Below, in pieces: positions 1 to 11,491 of a DNA stretch of 64,000 nucleotides (within the stretch, counting starts at the first letter, position 1; every line of letters starts with the position of its first letter). The translations under genes were made by a program, and so were the position numbers. This DNA is from Vicugna vicugna (Eukaryota), in NCBI GenBank assembly GCA_013265495.1, contig MU059330.1:14439237-14503236 (forward strand), in the 5' to 3' direction. The notes below the pieces were generated by a model. The model worked only from the letters and a program-made list of their open reading frames with translations. It was not told the DNA's origin and did not search any database.

Positions 1-2179
1 GTGTCTGGAGAAGCGTGTTCTGTGCAGGAGGCAGACACACAGGTCTGCTGGGGTCGGAGCAGCGCCTGGCGGGGAGCTGCCCTTTCTGCGGGTGCCTGTG
101 TTTGCAGTTACCAGAGAGCCTGGTTCTGGTCTTGCCCACAGCCTGGGGCCTCTGCTGCACGGTCAGCTGGGTTTCTTGGGGCCTGGGACGTTTCTCAGGG
201 CTGGATTGTGGGCAACACCGTGGACAACGACGAATTGGAGGCTGTCTGATACTGTCCTGGCTCCCACCTCCTGGGAAGGGGCTTCTGGGTGGGGAGCAGC
301 GTGGCTGAGCTCTGCCCAGGCCTGCCCACAGGCAGGTGCTGCGAGCAGGCAGCCCTGATTCCTTGGGCCCCAGGCTGGTGGTGTCAGATGCATCTGGGCC
401 CTCAGCTCCTCCTGCCCGCCCACGCCAGCCATGGCCTCCAGGGACGCGTCCCTGTCATCCTGATGGAGGCTTTCTCTGAGGACGGTGCTCTTGGGCCAAG
501 GGCACGACTGTGGTCTGAGGAAATGGAGCCCCAGGTGAGCAGGAGGGTGAGACTGGGCGGGCTGGGTGGGGCAGGACTGACCTGGAGCGCCAGCCTGGTG
601 GGCCTGGCTCCCCGCCAGCAGAGAGGCCCTGGGTCCCACCCACGGAGAAGCCCCTTCCCTCATGGTCCTCGACCCCACACAGAGGGTCTCGAAATCTGCT
701 GGCTTCCTTCGCCTTGTGCCTCTGTCCGTCTGGGCCAGGCCGAGCTGCCCGTCGGGAGGCCGACCGCTGGCCGCCACAGGCACCAGGCAGCAGGGCTGCA
801 GCACCACGTTTCAGGCGGCTTGGCCGGCCTTCTACCTCCGAGACGGCCCAGGCAGATGGGGCCTGTGGGGCACGCCTCTGTGGAGGGAGAGTGGACACGT
901 CTCCATCCACCCTCCCTGTCCCCCTGAGGAAGGGGGGGCATCGATGATGAGCCCACATTCAGGTCCTCAGGCAGGAGCCCTCAGACCCCACAGGCAGGGG
1001 CCAGGGATCGCCTGAGCTTAGGAATTGAGACTCAGACGGGAGACACCTGACCCAGTGGGCTGGCCGTCCTGGCCTCAGCTGCCCGCTCAGCTCAGTGTCC
1101 ACGTCCCCACGCTCCCCAGCTTGCCTTCTGCTGTTGCCCTTTCATGGCCACAGAGGGGGCAGCCAGGCAGCAGGCTTGGGCGGCACTGTCTGTGCCACAC
1201 TCCCCGGGGTGACCCGGAGGCACCGCACCCCGGACAGAGCCTGGGTCTCAGCTCCTGGAGCAAAACCAGCTGATGGGGTCAAGCGTAAGGAGCAAAGTTG
1301 GGACAGACGCCTTGGCTGCCCTCCCCCCACCCCATGAGCCACTGAAACAGACTCCGGCTGCTAACTGAGGGCTGAAGTTAACTGAGGGACCGTGGCGGTG
1401 GTGGGGGTCTCTCCCCCAGGAACGCTTGGGCCCATCCCCCCTCAACCGCCCCGCTCTGCCCCTGCAACTGACTGTGATGTGTCCCTAGGGGCGGGGCCTC
1501 AGCTTTATGATGCTTTCCTGGGTGTTGTCCAAGTGTCCACCGGGAGGCCCAGCCCTCTCACCTGGGCCTGGACTGCTCAAGCGTGGTTGTGCCTTTCCGC
1601 TCTGGAGAGGCCAGCCACATCGGGCATGTCTGCAGCACAGTTTCAGAAGCCACTGGGACCTATGCCCCGTGACAGGTAAGGAAGGGGTTGTGGTGTCGCC
1701 CAGCCCGGCACTTCGTCCTGGGAGGATGGGGACAGGGTGGGACGGGGCCATGTCGCACTGTGGACAGGAGACACAGGGACAACCTGCCCCTGGCTGGCCG
1801 GCACCATGGCTGGCTCACAGGGCCTGTGGGGAGCCTGTGGACCCCAGCCGTGGCCGTGTGGGGCACATGGAGGTGACAATGACCTCAAGCATCACCCCAG
1901 CACCAAACAGCCCAGAGCCCCAGGGTCGACAGGAAACGAGTCAGGAACCAAACTGGGGCAAAGAGGGGACCCAGGCACCAGCACGCCCCAGACGGGGCTC
2001 ATCCCCGAGCCCAACGTGGTGGTCTTCCCACAGCCCGGGCAGACGCGTCCCGGAGGAAGTGACACCAGGACAGGGCACCAGAGGGCGGAGGAGGAGGCTG
2101 ATGGGGGACCTAAGCATCCATGCCCAGAAAATAGTTCCAAAAAGGTGGAGAAGTGAGAACTGGGCCCAGAAGCCTCAGA

Positions 2180-2325
2180 GTGTGTGTGTGTAGTGTGTGT
2201 GTATGTGTGTGTAGTGTGTGTGGATGTGTGTGGATGTGTGTGGGACGTGCATGTTGTGTGTGTGGTTGTGGGTGTGTGGGCGTGTGAGGTGTGTGATGTG
2301 GCATGTGTGGTGTGTGTGTGTGTGT
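2180..2325. repeat. Interrupted (TG)n tract
   Basis: About 145 nt of degenerate GT dinucleotide repeat. Confidence 0.95.
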
Positions 2326-4611
2326 TCACAGGCAGCAGCTATGTGCACCTGCGTCTCAGGCCGGGTTGGGAAGGGAGCTTCTCCCTGCTGGCCCTGACCA
2401 GTTGTGTGTGGCAGTTGCGGGACTCCTGACCACCTGCTGTAGCTCACTGAGGCCCTTCTGCCAGGTGGGCCCACCTGCCGCAGCCTGGGTCCTCACCAAG
2501 GCACCCCTCTCTCCTTCACCCTGCATCACCAGGATGCACCACTGTGTCCATCCCCAGGGATGCAGGTGGGGGACAGTCCATCTTGGGGTCAAGGCCTGGC
2601 CCCAAGTGAACATTGCACGATGTTGGATGGAGGGGTGGCTGGAGGTGCTGAGAGGTGAACAAGCCCTCACAAGCCCGGCGTGGCTCTGACCATGTCCTCT
2701 GGGGGGCCCTTGTCCACACAGGGAGACAGCGGGGGGGTGCTACTCAGGCCTGGTCACGTGCTCACTAGAGGGGGCGGTGGGACGAGGCAGTGCCAGCCTG
2801 CGCTGTAGGGAGAACCTTCTGTCTGCTCCCTCCCAGCTCCCAGGATTTGGAAGAACCCATGCTGGCCCAGATCTCCAGCACTGAGTCCAGCAAGGAGAGG
2901 CCTCCAGCTGTGGTCCACCAGGTCTGTGTCCACTGCATTTGGCTGGGGTCCTGTCGGGTCACTGCGGTGTGGGCCTGGCGAGGGGCTGGCAGACGAGGCC
3001 CAAGCAGGAGCGGTCAGCTCTGCTGGGTTTCCTGCAGACCCGCAGTCGTCTCTGAGCCCTCTGCTGTATCAGCACAATTTTCGCCTGATTTGATGGAGAA
3101 AATCTTTTCAGAAAATCTCTCAGAAAGGTTGAGTTGGTGCACCTGAGTCTCCACACCTCCCAAGCCTTTCCCGCCTGCTCCCTTGGGGACAGCCCGGCTG
3201 GTCCAGTTCAGGACTTAAGACGTTACGAAGCCCGAGGCCAGTCAGAGCCGGTGGTGGGCCATCCCACTCCTGGACGTCTGCAGGCCTTGCTTCCTCCAAG
3301 TTCACACTTTCACCACCGTGGGTGGATTTCTTTTGTTCATGGTCTAATTCTTGGTGTACAGCTTAGGTCCAAAACCTGAGGTCTCCTCGCAGGACAGACA
3401 TTTCTTCAGTTTTTTCCTTTGTTTCTTCTCTTAGAACCTCTTCATTTCCTCATCCAGAAACCCTAACAGCTCAACGTCCACGTTGTGTTGTGTTGTGTTG
3501 TGTCGTGTCCACGGCACTTGAGCTCACTCGGGCACTGCTCCCCCAGCTGTCTGCCCCGAGACACGTGCCGGCCCCTCAGCGCGACCTCCTGGATCCCCAG
3601 GGCTCACCTGGGCAGGACCTCCCCTGCCGGTGGTTTCTCCATCTGAGTGTTTCTGTTCGGGCTCATGTTTGAAGACCAAGCTGGCCCTCCTGAGCGCTAG
3701 TCCCCGGGTGCCTTGGTCTTGTTTCACGAATGTGAAGTCGCCCATCTCCCTGAGGCGCACGCGGCCGCGTCTCCACACAGTGTCACGTCCAGAGAACCAG
3801 GGTGGACAACCAACAGCAGGGGCTGGCCGCGCAAGCCCACTCTCGGGACGCTCCCCGGGGCAGTTCACAGCCCACAGAGGAGGCGGCGAAGCATACTTCT
3901 CAACATTCCTGTCTCCTCCCAAAGTAACACATTTTATCAACTCCTTTTTCTCTGTGTTTCATCCTGAAGAGACAATGAAGGCTGCGTACAGGCCCTAATG
4001 TGGCAAAGTTTTCTAAAACTCCTCCAAGTTCCACCTATGGCAGCTGGTAGCATCACGCACCCCCTCCGACACCCCAGACACCTCGCAGTCTCCCCGACTC
4101 CATGGTCCCCTTCTCGGCAGCCCTGCCCACCTGACTGGCCAGAAGTGCCATGGTCCCTCCCAGCTGCCACAGCCAGGGACTTCCAGGTGCCCGGAAGCCC
4201 CGTCCCTGCAGAAAGAAGAACACAGGACCCTGGAAATGTGGCCTCTCCGCTGGCTCCAGGGAAACGTGCAGGGCCCCTGGTGGACACGTGTCACGTCACC
4301 GCACCAGCGGGAGCTGGCTCTTCCTGCACAACTGCTGATGCCCTGGGAGAAGGGCCTCTTTCTGACGTGGACCTCCTGCACCTGAATGGTCTTCTGATGG
4401 GTCCTTGTGCACCTGTAAACCCTCCCTGACTCGCTGCTGTAGGTGGTCCCCTGCCTTGAGGGATGGTAGCTGCCCACCTGGGGCTGGGGGGCACTGTCAC
4501 CACAAGCCACCCCGGGAGATGCTAGGCGGTGGCTCCAGCCCCGGGGTCTCCCCGGCCACACGCACCATGGGCAGGAGCGCGTGGCCAGCCATGCTTCCCA
4601 CTGTCTTGCAG

Positions 4612-4833
4612 ATGCCCTTCTGTGCCAGGAGCTTGCGGCGGGTCATCCCGGAGGCCTCAGCCATCAGGGCATCGCAGACCTTGCCGCCCCGCCTGTCTAG
4701 GGTGAACGGCTGGTCGAGGCCCCTCCACTTCTTCCAGGCCATAGCCTGGGCCATGTTCCTGTTCCTGGCCTTCACCACCTTCGGCGTCTTCATCCCCTTC
4801 CTGCCACTCAACTGGAGATACATGGCCTACGGT
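4612..4833 (+). CDS. ZDHHC11: ZDHHC11-like palmitoyltransferase, coding exon 1 (74 aa, MPFCARS...WRYMAYG)
   Basis: Translation PPRLSRVNGWSRPLHFFQ...FIPFLP matches the ZDHHC1/11 N-terminus (RVNGWS motif). ATG follows a ttgcag acceptor; the exon ends at a GTATCCTTT donor. Confidence 0.93.
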
Positions 4834-6029
4834 GTATCCTTTCACGGCACCGCTGCCGTCTGAGGCGGGGGATGGTGCGGCCCTGCCCTCCAACCCACTC
4901 CCACTCTTGGCCGGCACCCCCAGTGTCATGGTGCCTGAGATCCCCTCTCCGTCCTCCGTCTGCCTGCTGGCTAGGGGTTCTGGCCACAGGTCAGAGGTTC
5001 ACGGGGGCGCCTTCCGGCAGGGGTGCAAGGGAGGGTCCGCAGACCCGGCCACGTGCTTTCCCACCATGACGAAGCGGTCGGTTCGTGTCATCCAAGAGGA
5101 ATGGTGAGTTTCCCCGAGGAGGGACTTGAAGCGTGTGTGCGCCCACCGCCCTCCACCAGGCACCTGAGTCCCGCTTCCCCACAGACCGTCTGCCAAGGTC
5201 ACACGTTTGTGACCCCCTCCCATGGCAGAGCTCTGGGCGCCGAGATGTCTGCTTGGATCCCTCAGGGTGGACATCAGGGTAGCGAGAGACTCGACCAGGA
5301 AACCTGGGCCCACTCAGAGGGGGCCACACCTTAGCACCAGTGGACGAGCTGTGCTGCTGCCAACTGGGCACTGGAACCAGTTTCCAGAAGCAGGGTGTTT
5401 GTGCCCGCATCAGGCCCACCTCAGCAGGGAGACGGCCACACTGCCCGCTTCTTGCCTGGGAGACCTCACTGCTGGCCAAGGAGAGGGGCCCGGGGTGCAG
5501 AAGGGGGGCCGTGGGTGGGCGAGAGGGACAGGGAAGGACACGCGAGCCTGACCACGGCACCTTCCAGCTTCAAAAAAGCAGAGGAGAGAGGTGGACCCCA
5601 GGGGCCCGGCCCTCGGCCTCAGCGTGAAGACCCTGCCTCCCTGTGGCACGTCTCACACACACACTGTCCTAAAAGTCCCAAACATCAGGAACCTTCAGTG
5701 GGACTGCCGGTCTGTGTCTGGGACTTCTGTCTCCATACCACCAGCCTGTTATCCCACCTAGAAAGTCCCATGGGCTGCTCGCACGTATTCCTTAATATCA
5801 GACTGACTTGCCCCCGTCAAGGAGTCCACGCAGAGTGTGGGCCGCGCAGGCCGCCCGCGGCTCGGCTGGGCAGAGAAGACCAGCCTCCACGTGGAGTGCC
5901 TCTCACACTCCTGTGGCTGCTGCTGAGGCCACGGATCCTCAGTGGTAAGGTTGTCGAGGATCAATTTCCTTAACAGAGAAAAGGCCTCTCAGCTTTTCTG
6001 TTTCATCTTCTGTTTTGGCCAGCTGTGTT

Positions 6030-6400
6030 TTTTAAGAAATTTGAATATTTCATCTAAATTGTCAAATTCTTGGAGGAAAGCGAGTCGCTGGTTTCCAGCT
6101 GTCCTTTGGAGTCTGTAGGGGCCGTGGTGATGTCACCGTGGTGTGTGCTCTCTGTGCGTCAGGCCTCCTAGGGTTTGGCAGTTTCACTGATTATCTGAAG
6201 AATCAGCGTTTGAGCTGACCGACCTCCTCTGCCTGTTCTCTTTTTAAATTTTTCTGCTTTTACTTTTACTGTTTCCTTTCAAATTACCATAGATTTCATT
6301 TACTCTTTTACTACTTTCTCAAGGTAGAAGCTTAGGTCATTGATTTTAGGCCTTCTTTCTTTTTATTATACTTAAAGCTGTAAACTCCCGTCTGGGCACA
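6030..6400 (-). mobile_element. Old L1 ORF2 fragment
   Basis: T-rich decayed antisense L1-like sequence inside an otherwise GC-rich intron. Confidence 0.65.
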
Positions 6401-6608
6401 GGCACACTCAGACCCACAGACACATAGATACGCACAAACAAACACACACGTGATGCGCAGCCACAGACCAGCCACACCGTGGACGCCCACACTGCCACGC
6501 ACACGGCCGCAGGGACGGAGGCCTCCTCTCTCCTCCTTGACCATCCCATCTGGCCGAGACGATTCCGTCTCTGGGGCCAGCTGCCCTGACCAGGCCCCAC
6601 TGTCTGTG

Positions 6609-8417
6609 CTGGGGTGCCCTTCTCTGGCCACTGGGGGGCACCAGCGTCATTTGGCGCCCATAGGGCCAGGCGTGGAGGTGACCGCCGGGCCCTGGGAAGG
6701 GCAGGGTCCCCTGGTCAAGGTGGTGGGACTTTAGTGGGCCGGGCCCAGCTGGTTGGCAGGGGAGCCTTGCCAGGGGTCCAGGAGAGTGTTCCAGGGGGAG
6801 ACTAGTTACAAAGTGACCCCTTTCCAGCCACTCGCCCCCATGTTCCCTCGTTCGGTCCTTCCTGCAACAGCAGCCTGTTTGCAGGTGGCAGCCGGGCCCG
6901 CGTGGGCCGGCCCTCTGCCATGGCCAGAGAACAAGCCTGCTGAGCTGGCAGGACCACAGCCCAGGCAAGGGTGGAGGCAGCGTGCCCTACATAGCCCTGC
7001 TCCCCTGGGCCCCGGGAGAAAGCCATTGTCCAGAGAGGCTCCTAATGCGCCAGGTCCCAGGGAGTTCCAAGCCAGGTGGGCAGGCGTCCAGTGCCCTGGA
7101 CACACATGGGGGAAACGCAGGCCCTGCCCCTGCCCCTGCCCCACGCCCAGGTGACAGGTCTTTGTTTCAGTGATGAGCTGTGGGTCCCCACTGTGCAGAC
7201 CCGCCCTGGCCTGAGGTCTGAGCCCTCGGCCCGGCCTCCCCCATTCCTGGGGCCCTGAAAATGTTGGACCCACAGGAGCCGAACAGCAGCACGACCGGTC
7301 CTGGGTGCCTCCAGCCTCCTGTCCACTTGGGCCGGGCAGCTTTCTGAAGCCACAGTCACAGCCCCATGTCACCCCACACGACTTGTGTCTTGTCACGGTG
7401 AGCTGAGCAGTCACTGTACGACCTCTCAGGCACCCTGCCTTGTAATCTAATGGCCCAAAACGTACTTCCTCGGGGTCGAGCCCAGGCTCCGGTCAGGGCT
7501 CAGGCCAGCACAGCATCCTGCCCCACAGTCTGGTGCCCCGGGAGGCCTCTCCTTGCGGGCGGGCGGTCCCTCCCCATGGTGGGAGCATGTGCAGGGGTCC
7601 TGTCCTCCCATCCTCCCATCCTCTGAAACTCCCGTAGATGGTAATTACGCCCGCAGCAGGGCAGCTTAAACCGAGAAACGTATTGTCTCTCAGTTCTGGG
7701 CCCAGAGGCCCGAGGTCGAAGCGTGCCAGGACCTGGACCCCCTCGGCTGTAGCTGCTGGTGCTCTGCACCCTCGCAGGCCGCCCTCTGCGTGTGTCTGCG
7801 TCCTGATGGTCTCTCCTTATAAGGACCCCTCCCCTGACGACCTCATCTTAACTTGATCATCTGCAGAGACCCCATTTTCAAGTAAAATCCTCACAGGCCT
7901 TGGGGGTCAGGACTTCAGCATTTCTGGGGACACAGTCCGGCCCCAGCAGTGGATGCTCGCGTGCTGGGCTGTGACCCACTGTCTGCACCTTCCTTGGACC
8001 ATAGCTTAGCCGAGTGGCCTTGTGGTCTTGGTGGTGGCCCCTCTGTCTGCGAACAGTCACTCCGCGTTCTCACCAGCTCTCTGCCGATCTCGGAGCCGTC
8101 CCCGCCCACGGGGACTGGCACCTTCTCCTGACAGCACTGGCCCCTGGTGGCGCCCAGTCTGCGCGGCCCCTCCTGCCTGTCCCAAGTGGTGTGTGCGAGA
8201 TGGCGTCCCTGCCTGTTCCAAGCTCAGACTACCTGGGGGGGCGTGTTTTCCAGTCCAGTTTCCTGCCTGGCACCCGCCACTGGCCCAGCGGTGTCCCTTA
8301 GGCCCTGGCAGCTGCACTGGGGTGCCCTTCTCTGGCCACTGTGGGGCACCGGCGTCATTTGGTGCCCACAGGGCCAGGCGTGGAGGTGACTGCTGGGCCC
8401 TGGGAAAGGCAGGGTCC
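6609..8417 (+). repeat. Dispersed 101-bp direct repeat (6609-6709 and 8317-8417)
   Basis: Manual alignment shows 7 mismatches in 101 nt. Confidence 0.9.
7620..7940 (-). mobile_element. MLT1 (MaLR) solo LTR
   Basis: ctctcagttctgg...ccttataaggac...gacctcatcttaacttga...ggggacacagt. Confidence 0.8.
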
Positions 8418-10492
8418 GTGGCCAGGGCAGCGGGACTTCAGGCAGCCCAGGGGAGCCAGGAAGGAGCAGCGCGGCTGCCCCCTGCGTGCGGGAGGGAGGG
8501 CCTGGGGCGTGGTGGGGACGCTCAGGTGGGGAGGGGGCGCCGCTGTGATGAGACGTGACTGGGGCAGCGGGAGCTCCGCCCGCCGGGCTCCCGCCCTCCC
8601 GCCGCAGGACCGGACGTGTGTCCTGGGCTGGCGCCCGGCGCTGTTTATTTACTGAACGCAGATAGTTGCTAGGGGACCTCAGGACCGCCCAGGGCCACTG
8701 CCTCGCGGTGGAAGTGAGACTGGGAACTCGGTTCTTTTTATTACTAACTTGAACCTAAGACTCTCCTGAGATAAAATCACAGCCAAAAGTGAAAGCGGGC
8801 AACTGAGGGTGTGGCTCGCACCCTGTGGCACTCTCTACCCGGGGGCCCTGACGGCCACTCGGTGCCTGGCCCATGGCAGGAGCGGCCAGGTCGTCTTGGG
8901 CAAATGCAGCCAATTGTCGCTCACCAACGCCTCTCCTGGGGTGACCTGGTGGGTCAGACGGGGGGCTGGTCTCCACTCACAGAGGTGGGTGTCACAGTGC
9001 CTGCAGGGGACACCCGATGTCCAGAGGCCGTGGCTGCTTCTCCCACAGTGTCCAGGCAGCACACTGCCCTGGGATCTCGGGGTCCCCCAGAAGCAGCGCC
9101 CTGAGAAACGCCTGCTCATGGCACCAGGAGGTGTCAGGGGCACAGGAAGCTGCCTGCTAGGTTCAGGTCAGGCACCCGGGCCCTCGGCCGTGAGGGCTAC
9201 TGTCCCCACATGCTCTCCCTGGTGCTGGCCTCGTGTGGAGCCGAGTGTGGACGTGCAAGTGGAGTGCTTGGGCCACACTTCAGCCGCCCACCTGCTGCCC
9301 TCCTGTGCGTCCACCTCCGGCCCCTGTCTGCCAGCATCTGACGGGGACAGCTCCCCTCTAGCTTCCCAGAGGAAGGGGCTGCACCTGGGCTTCCTGCCGC
9401 ATCTCCTTGTCCCAGCTGCCATCCGTGCTCCTGTTGCCCTGGTAACCACACAAATAGTGCTGCGCGTCAGAGGAAGCTCCGGGAGTGGGTTCAGGGGACC
9501 AGCATGCTGGGGTGGAGTTGGGGTCACCCGCTATGATAGTGCAGCCTAGCCACTGACCTCCTGCCCATGGCCCCGCCCCCTGGACAGGAGCACAGCTCAG
9601 TCTGCTCGTCAGCAGAGGCCCAGGCTGTACCCACAGCCCCTCCTGCAGGGTCCTGCAGCCACGGGAGGAGCCTCCGTGTCACCACATCCTTGGTGGCACT
9701 GAGGGATCCAGCCAGTCCTGTCCCCTGTGGGCTCCCCCGGGCCTGGCTGGTTGTCACCCATCTCTCCATCCCTCTTTACACATCCTGCTGGCTGTGTGAC
9801 TGCCCACCCTTGGCCTGGGCACCAGCCTCCCTTCTGGCCCCTGGCCCCCAGCTCCCACTCGCCCTCATGGTGGTCTCTGTGTCCCCAGCCAGGCCCGGCC
9901 GGGCCCTGTCACTTCTGCACCCGCAGCTTTGGCCAAACCAGCTCCCCCTGAGTCTCGCTGTGCACTGTGGCTGTGTCCTACTGGCCTTGCCCAGGCAGCA
10001 CCACGCCTGTGAACACAAGCCCTGAGCCCCTGGGCAGCTCTGCAAGGCTGAGCGTCGCAGGTGAGGCTGGCAGACTCTGGACCCAGGGAGGACACAGCCT
10101 AGAAAGGGCCGCCCTGCTCAGAGCCTGCACTGCCCGTGGGCCTCTGTACAGCCCCCTGGGGCCTGAGCCCACACAGCTTTGCACCCACTCCCCAATACAG
10201 AGGACACCTCGCAGGCGACGGGGGAGCATTTCCCCGCCACACCCAGGCCGCCCTCGCAGGAGCCGGGCCTGTAAACCCTGAACCCTCCTGGCTCAAAATT
10301 CATCCTGGGAAGCAGGGCAGGGCTGACAGCGAGGCCAGGCTGGCGCTTCCGCCCCTTCTGTTTGGTTTCCATGGGGACAGTGTGTTGGTCCCTGGAGAGG
10401 AGGTGGAGCGGGTGGGGTCTGAGGGCTTGATTTTACCCTGGGAGCCCTGGAGGGAGGGGGAGCTGGAGAGAGCCTGAGGGTCCTGGGGTGGG

Positions 10493-10535
10493 GGAGAGAC
10501 AGAGACAGAGAGACAGAGACAGAAGCAGAGACAGA
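10493..10535. repeat. (GAGACA)n purine-rich simple repeat
   Basis: gagagacagagacagagagacagagacagaagcagagacagag. Confidence 0.85.
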
Positions 10536-10933
10536 GCTCGCACCCACTTGCCACGAGGCTCACGGGTGGGAGTCTGCACCCTCCCTCCCTCTGTCCCTCC
10601 TCCTTTTCTTGATGACACATGTGGTCAGTGTGGCCCCTCTGCCGCAAGTATCCCCCCACCTCCGATGCCCATGGCACACGCTGGCCTCTCCCGCTGCCTC
10701 AGTGAAGTGCGGGCGAGCCACAGCCTCCAGGGTGCCCTGCTTTGTCCCTTGAGAGAGAAGGATTTGGGCTGGGTCTGCTGGCCGCAGAGGTGCAGGAGGG
10801 GTGTCCTCAGCCCCTGCCGCTGGCCAGGCTCCGGTGGCTCCCGGTGGCTGGGGGGCCCGACGCCGGGCCTCCCCACGCAGGCCCTGGTGGGGTGCTGACC
10901 AGGCCGAGTCTTTCCTTGACGCACCTTCCGCAG

Positions 10934-11112
10934 GTGACTGGTGGACTTTTCTTGTTCCACTTCTTGGTCCACGTGATTGCGGTTTCCATCGATCCGGCTG
11001 ATACCAACGTCCGCATGAAAAAGAACTACGCAGAGCCTGTGCCGACCTTCGACCGGTCCAAATACCTGCATGTGATCCAGAACCGTTACTGCCATCTGTG
11101 CGAGGTCACCGT
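10934..11112 (+). CDS. ZDHHC11: ZDHHC11 exon 2 (VTGGLFLFH...DPADTNVR...CHLCEVTV)
   Basis: TM2, DPA motif and start of the Cys-rich domain; cag acceptor, gtgagt donor; 179 nt. Confidence 0.95.
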
Positions 11113-11389
11113 GTGAGTCCCGCGCAGGGCCCCCAGATCCAGGGCAGGAGAGCCCGCTGCCTTGGGTCTCTCAGATGAGCCCCTGCCCCCACCCAGGTCG
11201 CAGCCCGGGCTGGTCAGGGCCCGGGGACCTCGTGGGTGGTGGGAGGGATCTGACTGCAGCCTCAGCCTCAGCCCCGGGTGCCACATGGCAGGCGCACATG
11301 GGGAGGCGTCGCCGCTGCGGGCAGATGGGGACTCCGGCATCCCCACCGCACAGCCTGCTGACAGGTTCCCCCCTAACGCTTCCTTCCAG

Positions 11390-11491
11390 GAGCGCAAAAG
11401 CCAAACACTGCAGCTCCTGCAACAAGTGTGTCGAGGGCTTCGACCACCACTGCAAGTGGCTAAACAACTGCGTAGGGACCAGGAATTACTG
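11390..11491 (+). CDS. ZDHHC11: ZDHHC11 exon 3, catalytic DHHC-CRD ([29 protein letters not shown])
   Basis: Intact DHHC codons at 11442-11453; canonical AG/GT; phases match the neighbouring exons. Confidence 0.97.

Larger units (their letters stand above)
4834..10933 (+). other. U12-type (minor spliceosome) GT-AG intron, ZDHHC11 intron 1
   Basis: 5' site GTATCCTTT at 4834-4842; branch site TTCCTTGAC at 10912-10920, 13 nt before the end of the CAG acceptor; no long pyrimidine tract. Confidence 0.92.

Noticed and set aside
1892-2429. His/Thr-rich and Val/Cys-rich ORFs
   Set aside because: These are translations of the (TG)n/(CA)n microsatellite.
1-4400. BRD9 3' exons or a second ZDHHC11 paralogue (human ZDHHC11B-type duplication)
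   Set aside because: No BRD9-like peptides and no second DHHC exon set in the window; only one ZDHHC11 copy is visible.
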